Source: Corallochytrium limacisporum Hawaii (taxonomy: Eukaryota; Protista; Pluriformea). Taken from it: a DNA stretch of 52,068 nucleotides. The DNA lies in NCBI GenBank assembly GCA_002811645.1, contig PDIP01000062.1:33965-86032 (forward strand), given 5' to 3'. Shown here one piece after another: positions 1 through 10,738 of this stretch (position 1 is its first letter; each line of letters opens with the position of its first letter). Position numbers and translations under genes: made by a program. The notes under the pieces are model-generated. The model saw only the letters and a list, made by a program, of their open reading frames with translations. It searched no databases and was not told the DNA's origin.

Positions 1-1599
1 GGCGGGCGGTCGGGAGGGGGAGGTCGCGAGACCCGACTTTGCTGCTTCTTTCATTGTAGCACATAAGAAATTCTTTACCCTTTTGGGGGTATTTTGTTTT
101 TGGGTCACGGTATCTCCCCCTCTCTGTCTGTCCTTGGCTCTTCCTTTGTCTCTCTCTCTCTCTCTCTCTCTCCCACTCACTCGGTCGGTGTCTCGTGTTT
201 GTTTGTGGTGCACAAAGGACACACACAGCCACACACGCACGGCTCACCCTCCCCCCTCCCCCCTCTCTTTTCTCCCAACCGCAAAACGCGCCAGTTTTGG
301 GTCCGGCCCTCCTTTCTTTTTGTTCTGCTTTTGGCTGATATCGACGAGGTCCCCCCCCTGGGGGAGGGGGGGAGGAGAGTACAAAAAGTGTGATTTTGTT
401 CTATCGTCCGTGGCAGTATCGATTGGCACGGGGAGAAAACGGGGAAGCGGGACGATTTGAACAAGTTTTTACGTCTGCGGTCTGGGGGGGGGGGTTCCCA
501 GGACTCAATATCTCGTGTTCCCCTGTGGGATGTTCGTATACAAAAACTTTGAAGATACTTTGGGAGAAATGATTCCTGGGCCACGATTTTCACAATGCCT
601 GCAGGCGGAGCTGCACATGCTCTCTCCTGAGCCGTAAGGGTTTCGCTCCAATCCGGGGAAGCCTGTTAATTTTGTTCACACCCATCGTCTCCTTTCCCGT
701 ACTGTGAGTATAGGACTCCGATCTTTTTTTGGACTCGAATGATCTAAGTCTGGGGATTGTTAGTGAACGAAAACAAAGTCCTCTCCGCTGATTATGATCT
801 GTCCGCTGTTTGCCTGACCAAAACAACAAGTTTGTAGGAGAAACCAGAATCCCCGTATAAAATGTATGATAAGACACCGAAGAAAAAAAATAACTGGTCT
901 CCAAAAGTCGCGGTGCTCGATCCTTGCGTACAAGGACACAGTTAGGCCGTCATCAATAAGAAATGGGAACCCCCTCGTTACATCCAAAACTAGTACTGAA
1001 TATACTGTACTTTTCGTTGTTGCGGAGCACCCGGCAAAACCCCAACAAAAAGTGAAGAAAATATGAACCCCCTCAGTAAACAAAGGCACAACCGGAGCCA
1101 TTCTCAATAGTGAATGTAGCGAGTAGCCAGCTGAAACTAGACAGAGCGGGTTCTGCACAAAACTCGTGCAGCCAGTCTTCGAAGCCTGTGTTCCCGGGAA
1201 CTGACTGTACATTCATTATAGATTCCTTAATTTGGAAATTATTGTATCCCCTATTTGGCAGGTATTTTCGGCTAATGAAAGCCGTAACCGACTTGCGTGC
1301 CCGGCAGGCATGACACTCCAGCGGTTGGTGCCGCTGCCGTGGCCAGTGTGCAGTGTTAAGCACCGCAATCGCTCCCTCACGTGCTGGACATGAAGAAGGA
1401 GACCTATTACCATGATGTAAAGGGAAGAATACAAACACGACGAGTAAGAATGACGATGATACGGTAGTGCCATCTTCCGGCGCGCTCTTCCGGCGAAAAC
1501 GCATAATGCTCAGCCTGACAGTTCAGGATTGGTCCGAACGGGTTTGGTGATTCGATACTTTAAGATGCACATCTACTGTCTAGACATGGTTAACAGTTC

Positions 1600-2760
1600 T
1601 TCTTAGGAAAGCTATTGCGAGATGAAAGTGCAAATGGTACGTACAAGGTGCCTTCCACGGGGTGGCAAATGGCTTCCGTTCTTGATGCCCATGCGCACGT
1701 GCCGGCGACAGGAGGCAACAGCACCTAAGACTATGGAAATCCTTGGTTGGGAAACATCTGCGGACGCTGGCAGCATCTTATGCAACAGCCTAAATAATCA
1801 TTGCTTTTACATGTTCAGTGCATACTCAGACCATGAACAAGTATGGGAAACTATGAAGTCACACGTCCCCCATGTAACAAGTTCGCTGGTGGCGCGCATC
1901 GCGTATGCTTCACCTGCCACCATCAACCAACAAACATGCAAGCATTTCCAGCACCCAGTAACCAGTAGTGTAGGCTACACAACACCTATGGTAGCATACG
2001 CCATCAGCAGATCCCTTTTCTGCATCGACGATGCCCATGCACCAATAGCAACTGCTACCAATGACCTTGATTTATGATTGTTTGATTTTTGCAGATTTTT
2101 TGATTTATGTGTAATTGAACGAGTTAACGATGAGCTTACCACCCGACTCCCCTCCGGGGGGGGGGGGGGAAACAAACCCCCGACTCCCCTCCGGGGGGGG
2201 GGGGGGAATCAAACGCCCCTGCTAGACCATCAATGAATACGTATTGCTATGTACAGAGATGCCTGGATCAGTGATGGCCCTATCGTTTTAGCAGACATCC
2301 AGCTTCCCAAATCCAGGGGGGTACACCCCCTTTCCATTTCCTGTACCAGCGACAATTTATAAGTAGGAAGGAGAGTACAAGAGATCGTTCAGGTGCGTCT
2401 CAGCGCATGCAGCAAGTCAAGTGCAGCACCACGTTTGAGGGTGTAACGACGCCTACAGGCACATTGTGCCGTAATATAGGATATTTACAGGACTATAGAG
2501 GAAGAGCAGTTCGCATTCGACAACTCCCCGCACACCACTGATGGGAACTTACCGTGTGCTACATTCCTAGGGAAGCACCAAGCCGCTGTAAATCTCATCA
2601 AAACAAAAGGGGCCGGGGGGTTTACCCCACAACCTGATAGGGCCCCTATCAGCATGTTCACACGTCATACAAGTTTATGGCCTACGAGCAGGAATCCATG
2701 GATGCTCATGCACAAGATGTGAGCATACCTGATGGGTAGAGGACACCAAGTCCATGTATA
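1600..2760 (+). pseudogene. Degenerate ankyrin-repeat gene remnant (stops and frameshifts)
   Basis: From 2291 the + strand reads ADIQLPKSRGVHPLSISCTSDNL*VGRRVQEIVQVRLSA (TAA at 2360-2362), resembling the ankyrin consensus ADVNxxDxxGxTPLHIACxxGNLEVV / EIVxLLL. Other fragments nearby: LGKHQAAVNLIKTKGAGGFTP (~2567), DVSIPDG*RTP (~2716), ATINQQT..GYTTP (~1915-1990). No intact long ORF; boundaries approximate. Confidence 0.4.
2142..2214. repeat. 37-bp tandem duplication, each copy with a G14 tract
   Basis: cccgactcccctcc-G14-aa(a/t)caaac occurs twice with period 37. Confidence 0.9.
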
Positions 2761-4726
2761 TGAGTGTTTCAAGATGTATGGATGTCTCCTATTTTAGACC
2801 TGCACAATGAAATCAAAACAGTATAAACAACGACGAAATCAGAGCTCCTTATAAGTCACCGGTAGTTTGCTGGCAGAAAGGCAATGTAAGTCTGCGTTGA
2901 CAGCGAACCAGGACCGAGCGCCCCTGTGGGGCTGATCTGGGATTGGCCAAAGGACCAAAAACCCCCTCCCCACTTCTGTTCGCAGAGTTCGGGCGCGTGT
3001 ACTACGGGGGCGGGGCCTGGGTATTTTCATCGAGAACCCCCAGAAATTGAGGCCTCTTCTTAATGAAAGTACTGAAATACACCTGCTGACAGACTTTGGG
3101 GGTCAATTCCTAAGAGTATTTCAAAACAACGAACAGACGAAGCTAAACCGATTTTGGCCACCCAATGGAGCTTTTGGGACCCAAGGTCAGCGGTTGGTTT
3201 AGTCATAGGGCCCGAAATAGCGGTAATTGCACATTATGAATGTTTCCTGTACAAGTCCTTTGGTCTCAAGGGGACCAGCAGGCGTGTTCATAGTCAAGAA
3301 CCACAATTGGTCCTCAGATGCGAGTGTGTGAGAAAACTGGGAACGTTGTATATGTCCAATGTACGTCAGGAATTCACAGATAGTATTCCCTCCGTCGTCA
3401 AAGTGACCTCTGATCGTCTCATTGCGCAACTCCCATACATATGTCGACGCGGTGTGGAACAGACAAAAGGTCCTTGTCGCCTCAACGGGTTTGTTGAAGC
3501 AAAAGCATGGTGAAGTATCTTGGTGCGCACCTGCACTTGAATAAAGTGCAGACCCAATACCAAGCATCCTCAGACAGGAGATCCACCTAATAGATGGCGT
3601 ATCAGATGTTGTTGTATCAGCATGAATCCTCAGATTAAGGGGATGTTGTTTGGGTGGCCGGCTCAAATCACTTCCACCACCCATGCGGCTTCAGAGCTCC
3701 ATTTACACAGTATACGAACGCTCAGACCTGTGGCACCATGTACACCTGCAGCCGTCGCACTAGCTGAGAAGCGAAACTACGGAAATGAATTTGTGCGTTG
3801 TCAGAATACTCGTTTCCCCAGGGTACTCCATGGTCCGGGGGGTGTACTGCACTAGCTGCGGTAGTTAATTGTGAGCGGTGACAATAGTCCCCCTTTTATG
3901 TGTCCTCCACAACACACTCACGATCCAGGGGAGTGGATTGTTTATGTTACACCTCTTGCACACTCGATCCAGTTTGCACCGCAGAGGACGTACCCCTACT
4001 TCGTACCCCACCTGCTTGAGTCGGCGTCTCGGGGGCCAATCACCAACGTCCTAGACCCTCCCCCTTCTTGTGGTAGACATATTCTTTTTTTCTTTCTTTT
4101 TCAACCGATGGAGGTTCTTACCAAGTACCACCAGTCAGCTGTTCCTTAAAATATTATATTCCGCGGCAAGTTTCCTTTGCCGCGTGTGCGTGTGGTTGGG
4201 TCCGGAGTGCTGTTTTCCGGAGTTCGATATCAGAGAGGGCGAGGGAGCCGAAAAGTGGGGAAGCAGCGGCTGGGCAAGAACAAAGGGACGCCGATTCTGG
4301 CTGGAATATGGGCCACCGATCGCGACCAAAAAACACCGGTCTCCGATAGTGCCTTCACTACAGGAATATCGGACCAGTCTCTAATCACACAAAATCGTGG
4401 ACCACATGCGTACAAGAATACACTATTGAGAGAAGCACTGCGGTGTAGACTCCTCCTTCTGTTTGATAGTGCGAGGGTCCTTGCCGGGGGTTGGTTCTTG
4501 GTCGACCCCTGGTGTACTCGATGGGGGGAAAGGGGACAAGTTTGGGAGCCTGGCAGGACCAGCGGGGCCCGCTGCCCTTTTGGGGACTTTGGATGTCCGC
4601 GGTGGCAACTGGGCTTGTACCGCTGCCCGACGATGTCTGTGGCTGATACACACACAATAAGTATGGGAAATCACCGCAGGAAGAGGCACCTTGCCGGGGA
4701 AGGGGAGTAGGGAGAGGGGGGGAAGC

Positions 4727-5041
4727 GTAAGTCGGTATCTAAGCTCCTCTCGCGGTTTGAATCGAGACAGAAAAGGGGTTTCGCGGGTTGACCCCCAATG
4801 TTTGTTTCAAGAGGCACATTCCGGCTTACTTAGCAAAAGGTTCACATAACCGTCAGTGGACATAGTGAGCACTTTCTTTTGCAATAGATATGTGGACACG
4901 GCTGGTGCTACGTCAATGTCTGTGCTCTAGGACGTGGGCTTCATTGAGTTTGGACGTGGAACCTAGCACAGCTTGCATGGAGACAATGGAACCACAGCTA
5001 TTTAGCTAAGCTAATCCATATCTTCTCCGTATTAACGACAG
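4727..5041 (+). other. Candidate spliceosomal intron in the 5'UTR of the Ctr gene
   Basis: GTAAGT donor at 4727, GCTAAT branch-like at 5010-5015, pyrimidine tract, CAG at 5039-5041; ATG at 5089. Confidence 0.55.
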
Positions 5042-5088
5042 GCAAGCTTATGGAAAATCTGCTCGACTTCCTTGTTTGATTTGTCAAT

Positions 5089-5841
5089 ATGCGTGTCGTA
5101 TACTTTGCCATCCTTTTGGTCGCCGTGTTCGCCAATCTGGCGATGGCGCAGGATATGGATATGGACATGCCTGAAAATGGCCACAATGATACCATGCATG
5201 ATGATCCTTCCATGGATGACCCTTCCATGGATGATTGCGTCGGCCATGAATGTCACAACCATGGTGGTGACACTGAGACACTTGAAGGTGACCAGTTCTG
5301 CACTGGTGCGACCGTGATGTTGAACGGTCTGACCTACAACACCGATGTCTGCACCGTCTTCCTCTTTGAAGATGTCATTCTGGACAACGAGGAGAAATTT
5401 GGCTTTGCTCTGCTTGGTTCCTTCCTTATGGCTGCCTTGCACCCCATTGCCGCCTCCTACCGCTCGGCTCTGGTGACCTCCACCGTCAAGTCCGAGAAGA
5501 GACTTGGCTCCAAGGCCTCCAGCGTTATGCTCCGCAAGATTTTGGTCAGCTTGAGCTTTGCCACTCTGCTGTTGAACGGTTACTTCCTCATGCTTCTGGT
5601 CATGACCTACCAGGCCTGGTTCCTGACCTTGATCATTGTAGGTTTCCTCCTGGGTCAGATTGTAGTCCTCTTCTTCCTTGATACTCGTAAAAGCATTGTG
5701 CTGGAGAACGACCTCGAGGCATGCTGCAACATCGACGATGACTATCGCACGGCCAGTGCTGCAGTTGAGAAGAAGGGATGCTGCGCCAATAACACGCCTC
5801 CCAGCTATTCTATTTCTGACAGCTCTAGCAACAAACAGTAA
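5089..5841 (+). CDS. Ctr/SLC31-family copper transporter
   Basis: Signal peptide; Met/His/Asp-rich N-terminus (MDMDMP, HNDTMHDDPSMDDPSM, HECHNH); three hydrophobic segments with MxxxM (YFLMLLVMTY) followed by GxxxG (GFLLG); Cys pairs in the C-tail. Confidence 0.9.
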   Translation: MRVVYFAILLVAVFANLAMAQDMDMDMPENGHNDTMHDDPSMDDPSMDDCVGHECHNHGGDTETLEGDQFCTGATVMLNGLTYNTDVCTVFLFEDVILDNEEKFGFALLGSFLMAALHPIAASYRSALVTSTVKSEKRLGSKASSVMLRKILVSLSFATLLLNGYFLMLLVMTYQAWFLTLIIVGFLLGQIVVLFFLDTRKSIVLENDLEACCNIDDDYRTASAAVEKKGCCANNTPPSYSISDSSSNKQ

Positions 5842-6544
5842 GCAATAGGCATCAACTTATCCCAAAACCAAATCGCTCGACAGCATGTAGCCCATATAGA
5901 AAAATGAGATGTAAGTCTCAAGAATCATGAATAAATACAGAGAATGCTCCCATACGAATCACATAACTCATCTCGCTTGCTAGGTTGTGGGACATGGCCG
6001 AGTAGCACTTGCCTTCTCCCGCTTCCTTCGATCACCTTGCAGTCCTAGTCCTGCTGACCCTGTGCCTGCTCTGTATTCATTGATTGTGTAATTTCGATGA
6101 TTTTTAATCAAAGGCGTGTATGGAACAAAGGGAAAACGGGGCCCAGCCTTCCCCTACGGGACCCTAACGGGATATTCCGTCCCCCCCCCCCCTCCCCCTT
6201 CTTTCTTCCCGAGCCCTTGTCCACCTCCCCCACTCCACCGTTCCGTTCCCCAACGCCACGACCCCCAACGGGGAGATGTACGGCTGGTATCTCCCCATTT
6301 GTTTTTAATTGGAGTTGTGTGTGTTCGTCGCCGCAGTAGTGGGGTTTCAGGAACCCCGCGGGGAGGGTCAGATCCGACCGATCCAAAGGGGAGATTGTTG
6401 ATGTATTGCCACCTGGGTTGCAAACGGACTCGGTTGGGCATAGAGAGAAAGGTGACAGTATTTGAAAGAGACAACCCCCTTTCACAGTCTTCAGGAAACT
6501 GGACTGTTGGATCAATCTGTTGGAAGGGATGCGAAGAGTGCACT

Positions 6545-7294
6545 ATGGCGCCCACAGGACGTTCGGCCCATGTATGGCCAATAGTGGTCACGGGTATCAT
6601 TCTGCATCTGGTGGCACCCAATTTCCCGGAATTCTTTGCCTTTGCTCGGGATGAAAATGGCGCAGCCACTCAATATGCAAAGCACACGAAAGAAGTTTAT
6701 GGAGAGACTGGATCCCTGGTCACCGTGGACGACATTCTCCTCCTATGGTTGGGTAATGCTGTCCGTCTCTTCCCCACATGGCAGCCGATGGTGGTCTGGA
6801 CCTTCATCATCATGGCCCACCTGGTTATTCCTTTCTATGTGCTGCCTCTGTGGACCACTATGGCAGCAGTAGATAACTTGCCGCACGTCTATGACACACA
6901 GGGTCCTTTCGGTCTGGTTTGGCGGGGATCGGAATTGAAGACCTTAAGCCCTCTGGCATTAGACGGTTACAACTTCAGGCAGGTACTGAGCACTGATGTT
7001 GCCCTGATGGCGGGTATCTTCGGATGTCTAATGATCAAAGTTGGACCTGTATATGGACTTATGGCACCGGAGACGGGGGTAAGCAGTGTGGTTTTTGGCT
7101 GCGTCCTTGTTACAGTGACCATCTTTTTAGACAAGATATTGTTCCCTGCCTGGGGTCTTGCCACGCTCTGGGTGGTGGCCTTGGCCATTCGTTTCTACTA
7201 CCCTGTGGCCTTTACATCCTTTGTAGATTCAAAGGACCTCGATATGGTGGCTGGGGAAGGAAACTATCAGGAATATCATGAGAAGCGGGACTAA
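6545..7294 (+). CDS. Uncharacterised multi-pass membrane protein (~249 aa)
   Basis: Several hydrophobic segments from MAPTGRSAHVWPIVV (ATG 6545). The upstream part of the 6116 ORF runs through a poly-C island and is probably non-coding. No family recognised. Confidence 0.7.
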   Translation: MAPTGRSAHVWPIVVTGIILHLVAPNFPEFFAFARDENGAATQYAKHTKEVYGETGSLVTVDDILLLWLGNAVRLFPTWQPMVVWTFIIMAHLVIPFYVLPLWTTMAAVDNLPHVYDTQGPFGLVWRGSELKTLSPLALDGYNFRQVLSTDVALMAGIFGCLMIKVGPVYGLMAPETGVSSVVFGCVLVTVTIFLDKILFPAWGLATLWVVALAIRFYYPVAFTSFVDSKDLDMVAGEGNYQEYHEKRD

Positions 7295-7411
7295 CGGTAG
7301 TTTCCCTTGCAATACCATTTCATATAAAGAAACTACTACGAAGTGCATTTCGTAGATTCTAAAGTGTTGATTAATGCTATATTACATACATATGGGAATA
7401 CATGGAATCGT

Positions 7412-10400
7412 CTACTGGCACAGAGCAATTACGTGGCCTTGGAAGGGATAGTCTCGTAAGAATCCAAGGCGATCACGGCGCTCCTGAAGCTGCGCATCGT
7501 ACAAAGACACTGGCTCCACCGCCGTGCCCATACTCTCCGTCAAGAGCGTGTGCTGAGTGGAAATCGAGTCCTGTCCATGCAGACCAACTACCAAGGGTTC
7601 GAGGAATGTGTGTCGCACCTCAGACTGTGAGGGATCGTCGAGCAGAGCCCAAAAATTATAGTCAAAAGCACGATGGCCGCTACCTTCTTTTGCTGTGTGA
7701 CAGAAGTTCCAAAAGACGGCCCAGCGGGCATGATTGGGGAAGCTGGCCAATGGACCACCATTGGCATCAAGGATACCGCCCTTGACGTTATCCCAAAGAT
7801 TGGTGTGTGGTATGTTGCCGTGACTGTCAATGGACTGGTCGGGGTTCATTGTGGCGTCCTTCAGGACAATACCAGCGCTGAAATCGCTTACTGTAACAAA
7901 GTGGCGCATGCCACGGGAACCGTTGACACTGGAGACGGTAAGATCTTCAGCACCTGCTACCACTACATGATTCGATCGTTTGATCACTAGACTTGAGTGG
8001 GTAGGCTCACCGGTCCAACGTACGTTAGCGACGGTAACACCAGAACTGTGTTCAAGACGGAAGGATGTGTTGGAGTTCTTGAAGTCAACATTCCTTACAT
8101 AGCCATTGTGCACGTTCCGAAACCACAACGCCTGCCATCCGTAGTTGTGCTCAAGATTCTTGTGATGAATCCAGGGCTCCCCAATTTGATCAAAGACGCC
8201 ACTGAGAGTGAGATCGCTGATACCTACTTCCTCCAGCAGTTCTAGATCACCTCGGACCTCCCAGTGGCCGGCAGTCATGTCCATCAACAGGACTTCGACA
8301 AGCTTGATACGCTTCTTGTCCTCATCCACGACGTCAATGGTGTAGCGACTCTTCAGCGGCACGCTTTCCTGCCATCGGCTCCAGGACTCCGGGAATGGCT
8401 TGTAAGATCCCCAGTAGTATTCAGCGTACTCAACATCGTCAACCACTGCCAGTTCAATGAGCTCTCCCACACGCAGCCCGTCTGTTGAACTCACTGAGAC
8501 CCATTGAGAGTTGCGGGATGCATCAGCGGTGACGGTGGCCCTGTCTCTGCCGTTGGTGTCTGCACGATTCCCCGGCTCGACGCGCAAAGCAAAGTGGTAG
8601 ACCATGTCATCGTTATCGTATTCAACTCGAGTCACTTGACGAAGTTCTGTAAGGTCACGACCGGCTCCAATTATGTGAACATGGCTCGACGACACCGTGG
8701 CAGTCCAGTGATGTGCTGGAATGACCTCACTGGAGCCGGATGTAGCATCCGCAACAAGTCTACCATCATCACCGAATTGGAAAACACCCTCCGGCAGATA
8801 CACCACTGCCCCAGAACATGCCTCAGCAGCGCTCTGAATGGCAGCTCGAATTCCTTCTGTGTCATCACGGCCATCGTTAGGTATGGCGCCAAAGTCAACA
8901 ACATTGAATGTCGGCAGGAGCAACGAGAGGTTCTCCGGGGGGGGCACTTCGCTCCAGTGATAACCAGCGTAACTGAAGTCTTGAAGGAAAGGAGTGACGT
9001 CAGTGGATTTAGAAGCCAAATAGTCTGTGTACACACGGGAAAGACCGCTACCGTTGCCTAGGTCAGACGTTGTGCTAGTTGCACTGCGGGCTATGGAGAC
9101 GGATACCAGATTAAAGTCACCGAGACGCATGTCAGGGTCTGTAGTTTCGCTGCCATCTTCGTTCAGGACCTGTTCGCTATTGCGAGCGTCACAAAGAACA
9201 GCCACGAGCGGGAAATTGCCCCGGTTGCCATTGACGCGCTGGTTGATCTGAAGGCAATACTTGTGTCCGCCTTCCTGGATGAACATCTGATCAGAAGTGG
9301 TCGTGAACTTTTGGTTGTCATTTGTCCTGTCACAGCGCTCTAACGATACTCCATAGATTTCGGTCCCGCTGGCCTCTATCACCGACTGTTCGTCAATGTT
9401 TGCACTTAGGCAACGGCCGCTAAAAATCTCCTTTAGCAAATCACCGCTCTCTTTCGTGAGAACAAGTAAATCACTGCCTGCGCAAGAACCATAGCTGACT
9501 CTAACTCCCGATGGAGAACTCGGATTTAACACCGTAAGGCAAGTGGCTGGCGTCTCTTCGCTGCCCTCATCGCCGTTACTAACCAGCGAGGGCCCAGCTT
9601 TCAATATAGAAACTTGTGTCTCGGCAAAGTCCTCATTAGAGGCATCACCACCGCTGGTTCCGTCGTCCTTGATGCCTTGATTATTGCGCTCTGTCTGAGT
9701 CATCAGAGAAACTGGGAGGGCGACCAAATCGAACCTCTCATTACTGCTGCTCAGGTCACAGGCAGTGGTAACCATATGGGTTACTTCAAGCCCATTATCG
9801 ACAATGGCAATAATCTCACTATCGGCTTCGCTCGACGTAGCGCTCGCACCAGCAGAATCATCGTTGCTGTTGACGAGAGACAGGATGGGTTCAAGACATT
9901 GGGACCCGGTCTCCCAGCGACTATTCGCAGAGTGATAGTCCCAAGACTCAGCTGTGCCGCCACAATTGCGGCAACCACATGGTCTGAGGAGAACTGGTAG
10001 AGGATCGTCAACTGTACCCAAAAACTTACGGTACGGTTCCGATATGTCTTCGGCGGCAACCATGCACAGACCAGTGTCCGAGTCAGTTATGCGCAAGTTG
10101 CTCCCCGTGCGTTGAGCTACAACGGTGTAGAAAGTGTCACGCTGTGCTAGGGTCTCGGGGCATGCATTTAATGTCAGCGTCACGGCAGAGCTATTGGATC
10201 GGACCCGTCGGCTGACACACTGCCCCGTACTACTATGTTGCAGCAAGAAATGGGTCGTGATCTCATCGTCTTCTTGTTGAGCAAATTGGTAAATAAAATA
10301 CCCAGCAGCGCCCAGTGCAGCGAGCAGCAACACGCAGAGCCACGCCTTCAAACAGCCATACCTCCGCTTCGGCTTGGATTTCCCAGCTCCTAAATGCTGT

Positions 10401-10738
10401 GGGGGATATAGTTCAGTGTTGCTAGCGTAGTTTTGTCCACCATCAAAACTTTCAGCCGAACCCCGGGGCCCGGTAAAGGACTGCATGGGTATTGGATGTA
10501 CATGGCCGTTGCCTGAGTACGGAGGTGGTGCTGGGTACTCTGGAGGTGGATGCAAAGGCTGCCTCAGGTCCTGTGTTGTGTGGTATCCATAACTTCCCTG
10601 TTTGGTCCGACGACCATTGCCCTGTACAACCTCGGTTGGAACGCCCGATTGCGATGAAGGTGGCGAGCGCGAGTTGGGGTTCAGGGGTGCTAGTGAGGGT
10701 CTGGACTCCGCCCCAGGACGTCCAAAAATTCTGTCCAT
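7412..10738 (-). CDS. Type II membrane protein with ricin-B-like lectin domains and a C-terminal beta-helix (Pectate_lyase_3/DUF4955-like) carbohydrate-active domain
   Basis: 1108 aa. Pro-rich N-terminus with PPEY/PPPY, one TM (AWLCVLLLAALGAAGYFIY), six Cys-pair ricin-like subdomains (TGQCVS, TGLCM, SQCLE, TCLTV, SGRCLS, KYCLQ), then DFSYAGY..FNVVDFGAIPNDGRDDT..VVYLPEGVF and C-terminal DSHGNIPHTNLWDN..PNHARWAVFWNF. Confidence 0.8.
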   Translation of the reverse strand: MDRIFGRPGAESRPSLAPLNPNSRSPPSSQSGVPTEVVQGNGRRTKQGSYGYHTTQDLRQPLHPPPEYPAPPPYSGNGHVHPIPMQSFTGPRGSAESFDGGQNYASNTELYPPQHLGAGKSKPKRRYGCLKAWLCVLLLAALGAAGYFIYQFAQQEDDEITTHFLLQHSSTGQCVSRRVRSNSSAVTLTLNACPETLAQRDTFYTVVAQRTGSNLRITDSDTGLCMVAAEDISEPYRKFLGTVDDPLPVLLRPCGCRNCGGTAESWDYHSANSRWETGSQCLEPILSLVNSNDDSAGASATSSEADSEIIAIVDNGLEVTHMVTTACDLSSSNERFDLVALPVSLMTQTERNNQGIKDDGTSGGDASNEDFAETQVSILKAGPSLVSNGDEGSEETPATCLTVLNPSSPSGVRVSYGSCAGSDLLVLTKESGDLLKEIFSGRCLSANIDEQSVIEASGTEIYGVSLERCDRTNDNQKFTTTSDQMFIQEGGHKYCLQINQRVNGNRGNFPLVAVLCDARNSEQVLNEDGSETTDPDMRLGDFNLVSVSIARSATSTTSDLGNGSGLSRVYTDYLASKSTDVTPFLQDFSYAGYHWSEVPPPENLSLLLPTFNVVDFGAIPNDGRDDTEGIRAAIQSAAEACSGAVVYLPEGVFQFGDDGRLVADATSGSSEVIPAHHWTATVSSSHVHIIGAGRDLTELRQVTRVEYDNDDMVYHFALRVEPGNRADTNGRDRATVTADASRNSQWVSVSSTDGLRVGELIELAVVDDVEYAEYYWGSYKPFPESWSRWQESVPLKSRYTIDVVDEDKKRIKLVEVLLMDMTAGHWEVRGDLELLEEVGISDLTLSGVFDQIGEPWIHHKNLEHNYGWQALWFRNVHNGYVRNVDFKNSNTSFRLEHSSGVTVANVRWTGEPTHSSLVIKRSNHVVVAGAEDLTVSSVNGSRGMRHFVTVSDFSAGIVLKDATMNPDQSIDSHGNIPHTNLWDNVKGGILDANGGPLASFPNHARWAVFWNFCHTAKEGSGHRAFDYNFWALLDDPSQSEVRHTFLEPLVVGLHGQDSISTQHTLLTESMGTAVEPVSLYDAQLQERRDRLGFLRDYPFQGHVIALCQ

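Noticed and set aside
6116-6544. N-terminal extension of the orphan membrane protein ORF
   Set aside because: Non-ATG start; translates a poly-C upstream island.
7336-7355. 20-bp near-palindrome ctacgaagtgcatttcgtag between convergent genes
   Set aside because: Short, no U-tract, and intrinsic terminators are not expected in a eukaryote; could be chance.
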